From a virus (Duplodnaviria; Caudoviricetes): a DNA stretch of 64,000 nt. Both the position numbers and the translations under genes were made by a program. Shown here one piece after another: positions 47,098-53,550 of the stretch; position 1 is the stretch's first letter, and each line of letters starts with the position of its first letter. The stretch is taken from positions 1,524 through 65,523 of IMG/VR virus record IMGVR_UViG_3300027779_000028. One strand, 5' to 3'. The notes beneath the pieces are model-generated. The model was not told the DNA's origin, searched no databases, and was given only the letters and a program-made list of their open reading frames with translations.

Positions 47098-47188
47098 GGA
47101 GGGAGGGGCAATGACCATCTAAGTAGTAATATTTTGATAACTATTAATACTGCTTAGTGCCTCTCCCTTTATTAAAGCACAAAAACTC

Positions 47189-47205
47189 AGTTCGGTCACC
47201 GAACT
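47189..47205. repeat. 17-bp palindrome, copy 7
   Basis: Exact; 15 nt before ATG 47221. Confidence 0.95.
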
Positions 47206-47220
47206 ACAAATAAATATAAG

Positions 47221-47451
47221 ATGATACAAGTCACAATAGAGTACACCTTCAAAGGTGAGAGGCTTAAGACAAAAATGGAAGCATCGTCTGAGAGTAGAGT
47301 TAAAACTTGCGTGGAAATTTGCGAGGAGCAAATTCAACAACACATAAGAGAGTACTTCCTTGACCAATGTGTAGGTTGGGAGAAGTCAATGGAGTTAGAG
47401 CATAAGGAGTTCGCTAAGTTCGATAAGAAGAAGAAAATAACAATAAAGTAA
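47221..47451 (+). CDS. Hypothetical early protein
   Basis: Follows the palindrome. Confidence 0.6.
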   Translation: MIQVTIEYTFKGERLKTKMEASSESRVKTCVEICEEQIQQHIREYFLDQCVGWEKSMELEHKEFAKFDKKKKITIK

Positions 47452-47455
47452 ACTC

Positions 47456-47473
47456 AGTCTCCTCAAGGAGACT
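47456..47473. repeat. Variant palindrome AGTCTCCT-CA-AGGAGACT in the same flanks as copy 7
   Basis: Flanks AAACTC and ACAAATAAATATAAGATGA identical to copy 7; 15 nt before ATG 47489. Confidence 0.85.
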
Positions 47474-47488
47474 ACAAATAAATATAAG

Positions 47489-47746
47489 ATGAAACTTAAA
47501 CAAAGTTTAATAGACAAACTTGTGAGTTCAGATTGGACACGCGAGAAATTAGCAGAGGAAATCCTTATAGCTAGGTACTACTCAAAGAAGTATCAAGCAG
47601 AGGCACATTGGCTTGACTCACTCGCATCCCATTATCGAGATAACCAAAATGATGATGACTACGCACAAGTATGTAAAGACCTTTACAAAGAGTATCAAGA
47701 GGCTATAGCTGAAAACAAGGAAACATATCAACCCAACGAATCATGA
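47489..47746 (+). CDS. Hypothetical early protein
   Basis: Follows the variant palindrome. Confidence 0.6.
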   Translation: MKLKQSLIDKLVSSDWTREKLAEEILIARYYSKKYQAEAHWLDSLASHYRDNQNDDDYAQVCKDLYKEYQEAIAENKETYQPNES

Positions 47747-48048
47747 GGAATATTACAATAGACTCAGTCAACGCCTTTATGAGCGCGACTAAATTCAAAA
47801 GACAAAACATGGAAGTTCGTGTACTACCAAACGTAACAGTATTACTACTACATGGGAATGAAATTGCGTATAGGTACAACAACCCTGAGAGGACTCTCTC
47901 CATTACAAATTGTGGTTGGGAAAGTGTAACCACAAAAGAAAGATTGAACGGAATACCAAATGTAAGTATCTCACAAAAGAATTTCGAGTGGTACTTAAAT
48001 GGGGTGCTATGGGATGGGAAGCTAATTGATATCAACAATAAAATATAA
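47743..48048 (+). CDS. Conserved phage protein (LHGNEIA...GWESVTTKERLN family)
   Basis: Motif common in aquatic phage early regions. Confidence 0.65.
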   Translation: MRNITIDSVNAFMSATKFKRQNMEVRVLPNVTVLLLHGNEIAYRYNNPERTLSITNCGWESVTTKERLNGIPNVSISQKNFEWYLNGVLWDGKLIDINNKI

Positions 48049-48054
48049 GAAAGT

Positions 48055-48258
48055 ATGAAGAAATTTAATGAATTTGAAAGCTACCTCATAGAGGAAGCGT
48101 TAACCCAACTTATAAAAGATAAGGAGGAGGCAGTTCTAAAAGCCGAAAAAGAAAGTAAAGGTAGATGCATATTTGCATCCGGTTACTTCACCATGATAGG
48201 TAAGGAGTTGATAGATAAGGTGGTCAATGATATGACACGCAAACCTAGAAAATCATGA
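48055..48258 (+). CDS. Hypothetical early protein
   Basis: ORF tiling. Confidence 0.5.
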   Translation: MKKFNEFESYLIEEALTQLIKDKEEAVLKAEKESKGRCIFASGYFTMIGKELIDKVVNDMTRKPRKS

Positions 48259-48458
48259 AACACTACGAAGGAAGCGAACTTAAATGGAGTACTGAGGACG
48301 TACATAGAAACGCCAAGCAACTAAAAGTGGAGTTAACTGAGGCTGAGGCTTTGAGTATACTCAACGCTACGTTTGAGGACAATGAAGATATTATGCAGTT
48401 CATCAACGATGAAATGTCTGACACAATAGGAACTAAAATGAAGATATATGAACAATAA
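48255..48458 (+). CDS. Small acidic protein (WSTEDV...LTEAEA.SIL family)
   Basis: ORF tiling with ATGA overlap. Confidence 0.55.
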   Translation: MKHYEGSELKWSTEDVHRNAKQLKVELTEAEALSILNATFEDNEDIMQFINDEMSDTIGTKMKIYEQ

Positions 48459-48720
48459 CAAACTTATAGCAGAATTTATGGGGGTTGAAACTACTGATGG
48501 ACTTGTGTTTCAAGACAATAACACACATGAGTTTCACCCTATCAAGTACCACACCTCATGGGATTGGCTTATGCCTGTAGTAGAGAAGATATTAGACCTT
48601 TCCTTTCAAGACGATGGGGATGCTGAGGACTTCTATAATGTAAGAGATTGTATGCCTGACATTAATCACACCTACAAAGCAGTAGTAGAATTTATTAAAG
48701 AATATAACGATGAAAGATAA
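48448..48720 (+). CDS. NKLIAEFMG...SWDWL family paralog 2
   Basis: Conserved blocks. Confidence 0.75.
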   Translation: MNNNKLIAEFMGVETTDGLVFQDNNTHEFHPIKYHTSWDWLMPVVEKILDLSFQDDGDAEDFYNVRDCMPDINHTYKAVVEFIKEYNDER

Positions 48721-49027
48721 CAAACTAATAGCAGAATTTATGGGGTTAGAAAATCCTTTTAATGAAATTAATGACGCCACACTATATAAATATAAGGGTG
48801 TTGATGAAAAAGGAGAATTTCAATTTAACATTGAATTACACGAAATGAGATACCACACCTCATGGGATTGGTTGAAACCCGTGATTGATAAGCTACGTGA
48901 GGAGTGTGGCATAGTTACATTATCCTCAAGGATGCACGTTAACCTCTATAGTGATATAGGAGAGGTGTATGAAGCGGTAGTAGACTTTATTAAAACATAT
49001 AACGATGAGCAACAACTACATTATTAA
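48710..49027 (+). CDS. NKLIAEFMG...SWDWL family paralog 3
   Basis: Conserved blocks. Confidence 0.75.
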   Translation: MKDNKLIAEFMGLENPFNEINDATLYKYKGVDEKGEFQFNIELHEMRYHTSWDWLKPVIDKLREECGIVTLSSRMHVNLYSDIGEVYEAVVDFIKTYNDEQQLHY

Positions 49028-49203
49028 AACACATTTATGAATAAGGCAAAACTATTGGTATGATATGTAAAGAGAGGTTGCAAACTCTTGAGGAAAACCC
49101 ACCCATTTTTTGGAATAAAGAAAGTCCTCACACCTTATTTTTAAATTGCGCTCGTTATAAGTGAATAAAATCACCTAATAGCATAACTAAAAGTGAAAAC
49201 AAA

Positions 49204-49317
49204 ATGGAAGATAAAGAATTAACAAGCGATTGTTGTGGAGCATCATGCACACTCCCTGAAATGGGGATATGTCCTGACTGCTACGAGCATTGTGAATTTA
49301 CAACATCAGAGGAATGA
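49204..49317 (+). CDS. Mini zinc-finger protein (37 aa, SDCCGA...ICPDCYEHC)
   Basis: Below cutoff; Cys pattern; A-rich start. Confidence 0.55.
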   Translation: MEDKELTSDCCGASCTLPEMGICPDCYEHCEFTTSEE

Positions 49318-49481
49318 ACACATTACCCTTATGTGTACACATTTGGTACACAAAGTGTACATGAGCCGAATAAACAACTCAATCGGCACAACAATTAAAA
49401 TCAAATCAAAATGAATGTAATAATAATAGGCACAATAGCCGTACTACTAGGGTTGTACCTAGAGCACCAAAACTTAAAACC

Positions 49482-49685
49482 ATGACTAGAAAAGCAATTA
49501 AATACGCGATGAAGAAGTTGCTCATAATCGAAAACGATAACGACCACGTAACTTTTCACGAGAAGATAGACCAACTAGGTATATACGTGGAGTTCAGATG
49601 TGGTAAAAACGTCAGCATATCAGACGATGAGATATACTACCAAGCGGCAGAATATTTAGACAACGAAAAAAGAGAATTAAGATGA
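49482..49685 (+). CDS. Hypothetical protein
   Basis: ORF tiling. Confidence 0.5.
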   Translation: MTRKAIKYAMKKLLIIENDNDHVTFHEKIDQLGIYVEFRCGKNVSISDDEIYYQAAEYLDNEKRELR

Positions 49686-49951
49686 CTGATATAGACCAAT
49701 ACAGATTAAATCGTATAGACGAATTAATAGAAAAGAACAAAGACCTACAAAAAACTATCCTTGACTATTCAGCAAGAGTAAACATGTATGAACTTAAAGT
49801 AGGCAGACTAAGACGTAACATAAGTAAACTAATAAACGATGAACCATTCATATGCGGTTCATGTAGAGAACATTGTAGTGAGTACACTTATAGTGAAGAT
49901 AGAGATGTAGACGAATGTAATAATTGTAAAACAAGTAATCATGAAAGATAA
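49682..49951 (+). CDS. Coiled-coil plus zinc-finger protein
   Basis: ICGSCREHC...ECNNC. Confidence 0.55.
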   Translation: MTDIDQYRLNRIDELIEKNKDLQKTILDYSARVNMYELKVGRLRRNISKLINDEPFICGSCREHCSEYTYSEDRDVDECNNCKTSNHER

Positions 49952-50216
49952 TAAGCTAATAGCAGAATTTATGGGTGGCTACACTCCATATGAAAGATTT
50001 GGAGATAGTACAGAATATTATTACAAAGGAGAGCATATTAATTTAAATGATATGCAATTTAATTCCTCATGGGATTGGTTGATGCCCGTAATTGAGAACA
50101 TTGACCACTTACAATATGAGTCCGTGAAAGGCATTGAAGATGCATTATCTACAAGACATATAGGAGACACACACAAAGCGGTAGTAGAATTTATTAAAGC
50201 CTATACTCATGAATAA
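49941..50216 (+). CDS. NKLIAEFMG...SWDWL family paralog 4
   Basis: Conserved blocks. Confidence 0.75.
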   Translation: MKDNKLIAEFMGGYTPYERFGDSTEYYYKGEHINLNDMQFNSSWDWLMPVIENIDHLQYESVKGIEDALSTRHIGDTHKAVVEFIKAYTHE

Positions 50217-50388
50217 AGAATCTCTAATAAATAGAATAACCCTTCTCGATACGGCTTCTTATAGGCGCAATGCGGAAGGCAACACATACAAACATGAACC
50301 TCCTCAGTTTCGCTCTACGTTATTTGAAGTGTATGATAAACTTAGCGAGGCAGACTTAAAAACCTTACTAGACACAAGGCTACAATGA
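50209..50388 (+). CDS. Hypothetical protein (59 aa)
   Basis: Below cutoff; MNKESLINRITLLDT...; fills the gap with coupled overlaps. Confidence 0.5.
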   Translation: MNKESLINRITLLDTASYRRNAEGNTYKHEPPQFRSTLFEVYDKLSEADLKTLLDTRLQ

Positions 50389-50675
50389 TTAAAATTCACT
50401 TCATATCGGAAGATGATGAGAGGTCTTATATAGCATCCTTCAAAGATGAAGATGCATACATCTCTTGTCTTGATGTCTTTGAGGAATTAGCCTCTAAGAC
50501 AAACTCAAAAATAGAGGAAACTATATATACTGAAAAGAACCCTACCCCATCTTGGGAGGGAGTAGATAAAATACTTCACAAAGGGTATTGGTATGGAAAA
50601 TATGCAGATTTAAAATGTAAACCCACGCAATTCAGTTCGGTCACCGAACTGAGTTTAAAAAATAAAATCAAATGA
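50385..50675 (+). CDS. Hypothetical protein (3' end reads through palindrome copy 8)
   Basis: ORF tiling. Confidence 0.5.
   Translation: MIKIHFISEDDERSYIASFKDEDAYISCLDVFEELASKTNSKIEETIYTEKNPTPSWEGVDKILHKGYWYGKYADLKCKPTQFSSVTELSLKNKIK
50634..50650. repeat. 17-bp palindrome, copy 8
   Basis: Exact, extends to 21 bp; 21 nt before ATG 50672. Confidence 0.95.
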
Positions 50676-50986
50676 GAAAAGACGAAATTTTTGATATATA
50701 TGTAAAATCGGTATGTGATAGATATAAAGTCTCCGCTACCGAACAAATATTTAAAAAAAATAAGTATAAAGAAGTAGTGGAAGCTCGATTTACACTATAT
50801 TATATATGTTATTGGAGGCCCATGAGAGTTAGTAGTATACAAAAATTTATGGGGGATAACGGATATCATATCTCTCATTCATGTATCTTATATGGCATTG
50901 CTAAAATGACTGACATAATAGATAAAGATGAAGATTATAAAAAATTAATCCTAGAACTAGAAAGCGATGCGGTTCACTTTATTTAA
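50672..50986 (+). CDS. DnaA domain IV-like HTH protein
   Basis: IFKKNKYKEVVEARFTLYYIC...HSCILYGIAKM matches the DnaA C-terminal pattern. Confidence 0.6.
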   Translation: MRKDEIFDIYVKSVCDRYKVSATEQIFKKNKYKEVVEARFTLYYICYWRPMRVSSIQKFMGDNGYHISHSCILYGIAKMTDIIDKDEDYKKLILELESDAVHFI

Positions 50987-51437
50987 TATATTCGAGCAAG
51001 CGCAAGAAGATAAAAAATCTATCAATTTAAACTCACCTCCTTTTAAGGGGAGATTGCTTTATGGAATTAAAATTATTAGTTGTTATCGTGTAAAGACAAA
51101 AGTCCACGAAGTGACTATATTAAACACCCAAAGGGGAGGAAATAGATACGAAGAAATAAGCTTAAATGAGTATGAAGTGTTCCAAGCGCATGGATGGAAA
51201 TACGGAGTCTATGTCTTATCTTTGTCTAATTGTAGTCTTAAGATGGATAAAATAAAGACAACATTAGAGTTTGAGGAATCACAAGTTCCAAGAAGAGATA
51301 AATACATAGAAGGAGCGAAGAGGCAGTTTAATAAAACAAAGTCTTTACATAGCTCTATTACAAATAAATTCAATCAATTCAAATTAATTAATCATGACAA
51401 ATGTCAAATCGGTTTATCAGACGTTATCCGAAATTAA
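50967..51437 (+). CDS. Hypothetical protein
   Basis: 156-aa ORF in the replication module. Confidence 0.5.
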   Translation: MRFTLFNIFEQAQEDKKSINLNSPPFKGRLLYGIKIISCYRVKTKVHEVTILNTQRGGNRYEEISLNEYEVFQAHGWKYGVYVLSLSNCSLKMDKIKTTLEFEESQVPRRDKYIEGAKRQFNKTKSLHSSITNKFNQFKLINHDKCQIGLSDVIRN

Positions 51438-51993
51438 CGTCTCAAAATACATCGACCTTAGAGGTGGGTTAAAGTATGTATCATGGGCAAATGCGTGGGC
51501 GTTACTACGTCAGCAATACCCAACTGCCAATCGTACTGTGTACGAGAACGAAATCACCGGACTAAATTATTTTAGTGATGGAGTAACATGCTATGTTAAG
51601 GTAGGCGTAACGGTAGAAGGAGATGAAATCATCGACATGCTTCCGGTAATGGACTTCAGAAATAAGTCTATCTCAGTAGATAAGCTTACATCTATGGACG
51701 TTAATAAAGCTATCCAACGTAGTACTGTCAAATGCATAGCTATGCATGGACTAGGTATCAATGTTTATACCGGAGAAGATATTCCTGAGCCAACACCTGA
51801 GGTTAAGGAGTTACCAATCATGACACCTAAGTCCAAGTCTTGGTCTGCAGTAGAGAAATTTATGGTAACATCTCGTCATGAGAAGTTCGACTTTCTTGTT
51901 GACCGCATCTCAGCTAAGTATAGATTCACTAGCGCTTCACTATCTAAACTCAAGTCAGTTTATGATGAGGCAAATGAAGAGAAGAACGTATGA
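51394..51993 (+). CDS. Sak/Rad52-like single-strand annealing protein (DUF1071)
   Basis: LKYVSWANAW...LPVMDFRNKSI...MDVNKAIQRSTVKCIAMHGLGINVYTGED. Confidence 0.85.
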   Translation: MTNVKSVYQTLSEINVSKYIDLRGGLKYVSWANAWALLRQQYPTANRTVYENEITGLNYFSDGVTCYVKVGVTVEGDEIIDMLPVMDFRNKSISVDKLTSMDVNKAIQRSTVKCIAMHGLGINVYTGEDIPEPTPEVKELPIMTPKSKSWSAVEKFMVTSRHEKFDFLVDRISAKYRFTSASLSKLKSVYDEANEEKNV

Positions 51994-52130
51994 GTTGTAA
52001 GAAGGAGTATACACCCGCAAGTCGCGCTATCTATGTACCTAAAAACATGGACAGACTCAAGGGCTCTCAAGGTCGAAGAAAGCGCAGAGAACTAGAGCGT
52101 TTAGAAAATAAATTAAAGGAGAAAGCATGA
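51990..52130 (+). CDS. Small basic hypothetical protein (46 aa)
   Basis: Below cutoff; ATGA overlaps on both sides. Confidence 0.45.
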   Translation: MSCKKEYTPASRAIYVPKNMDRLKGSQGRRKRRELERLENKLKEKA

Positions 52131-52876
52131 AAGAAGTACAAGACCACCACGAAATAATCGAAACTCTTAGGGATGATAATGAATATTACTCAGGTGTAGG
52201 TAGAAATTACCTCTCAAATTCGGACATAGGTAAACTACTAGGTAACCCGAAGGATTTTAGGGTGCCTCAGGACGACAATATCAACTTCGCTAAGGGTAGG
52301 TACTTCCATCAGATGATATTAGAGCCTGAGAAGGCTAAAAACGTGCGTCACGTGGATGCGTCAACTCGCTCTACTAAGCTATATAAAAATTTCTTAGAAG
52401 AAACTGAACTTCCGTTCTGTATGTTGACTAAAGAAAAAGAAGCGTTAGAAGTAAACGTAAAGACTATGTTAAGTAACTTTGAGTTCTATCAAGGTATTCG
52501 CGCAGAAGGAAATGTGTATGAGCAACCTGCGATTGGACAAATCAAAGGAGTAATGTGGAAGGGTAAAGCCGATATCATTACTGACGACTTTATCATAGAC
52601 CTAAAAACAACGAGCAACATCGCTGACTTTAAGTGGTCTGCTCGTAAGTACAACTACGATAGTCAATGTTACATATACCAAAAGCTATTTGGTAAGCCTC
52701 TTATCTTCTATGTAATAGATAAGGGTTCAAATATGCTTGGTATGTTCTCTCCTTCTGAAGATTTTATAGCGAGAGGAGAAGAAAAAGTTGAGAAAGCTAT
52801 AAAGGTTCATAATAAATTCTTTGGAGAGGATTCAACGGAAAAAATTAGTGACTATTATATAAACGATGTTATCTAG
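52127..52876 (+). CDS. RecE/exonuclease VIII-like PD-(D/E)XK nuclease (DUF3799)
   Basis: YLSNSDI, GRYFHQMILEP, WKGKADII...IIDLKTT, YNYDSQCYIY. Confidence 0.8.
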   Translation: MKEVQDHHEIIETLRDDNEYYSGVGRNYLSNSDIGKLLGNPKDFRVPQDDNINFAKGRYFHQMILEPEKAKNVRHVDASTRSTKLYKNFLEETELPFCMLTKEKEALEVNVKTMLSNFEFYQGIRAEGNVYEQPAIGQIKGVMWKGKADIITDDFIIDLKTTSNIADFKWSARKYNYDSQCYIYQKLFGKPLIFYVIDKGSNMLGMFSPSEDFIARGEEKVEKAIKVHNKFFGEDSTEKISDYYINDVI

Positions 52877-53030
52877 AATATACAACGATTTAGAGTTATG
52901 GGTTCGGAAAGTCCGGATGCAAGATGTAATGGAGATAGAAGTTCCAACTGTCTGCGAATCACCGCACATGAAAAAACAAATAATTGATGCGGTGATAATT
53001 TATTTGGAGCAAACAATTAAACTTAAGTAA
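52866..53030 (+). CDS. Hypothetical protein (54 aa)
   Basis: Below cutoff; fills the gap. Confidence 0.45.
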   Translation: MLSRIYNDLELWVRKVRMQDVMEIEVPTVCESPHMKKQIIDAVIIYLEQTIKLK

Positions 53031-53032
53031 GT

Positions 53033-53323
53033 ATGTCACAAAATGACGACAAGGTTTTTGGAGAAGGTATCTTCTTCAAACAAAAAGAGAACGCACCATC
53101 TTTCGTGATGGGCGCAGTATCAATCAAGGTGGACGAGTTCATACTCTTCCTAAAAGAAAATGTCAAAAAGGGATGGGTAAATCTCGACTTGAAGGAATCT
53201 AAGGGAGGTAAGCATTACTTCCAATTAGACACTTGGGAGCCAAAAGCTAAGACTGAGGACAAGCCATCGCAAAAAGCTGCGGAAGTTGTGCCTGAAGTAG
53301 ATACAGACGAATTAGCTTTTTAA
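53033..53323 (+). CDS. Putative single-stranded DNA-binding protein
   Basis: Beta-rich core, acidic tail DTDELAF; follows annealase and exonuclease. Confidence 0.6.
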   Translation: MSQNDDKVFGEGIFFKQKENAPSFVMGAVSIKVDEFILFLKENVKKGWVNLDLKESKGGKHYFQLDTWEPKAKTEDKPSQKAAEVVPEVDTDELAF

Positions 53324-53341
53324 GGTAGGGTGTTATTGAGA

Positions 53342-53381
53342 GGGTATGGTATCGTGTCCAAGTGGGTACGATACCATATCC
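53342..53381 (+). other. 19-bp RNA hairpin with G-U pairs
   Basis: GGGTATGGTATCGTGTCCA-AG-TGGGTACGATACCATATCC. Confidence 0.6.
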
Positions 53382-53392
53382 AAACTCAATTA

Positions 53393-53550
53393 AATGTCGA
53401 ATGTCGAATAAAAGAGACCTATACCTACTATATATTTACCATCTACATATATTTTTTTCTTGTATACGAGGGTAAAAAAATCGACATTACTGTCACTTCC
53501 TATAATAATCAATTAGTTAACCATCATAAAATCGACATAAAAACGTCATG
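53393..53550. other. Origin-like element B
   Basis: Homolog of 40825-40994; AATCAATTAGTTA at 53507-53519 fits the IHF consensus; abuts the primase-helicase start. Confidence 0.5.

Noticed and set aside
49331-49387. GTGTAC/GTACAC inverted repeats
   Set aside because: Short, single occurrence, no supporting context
46012-50216. Diversity-generating retroelement
   Set aside because: No reverse transcriptase; differences are not adenine-specific substitutions
41750-50650. Palindromic repeat series as a CRISPR array
   Set aside because: Repeats are only 17 bp, separated by hundreds to thousands of bases containing genes; no cas genes
41750-50650. Integron attC cassette array
   Set aside because: No tyrosine recombinase in the window; elements are perfect short palindromes without the attC R/L box layout and extrahelical bases
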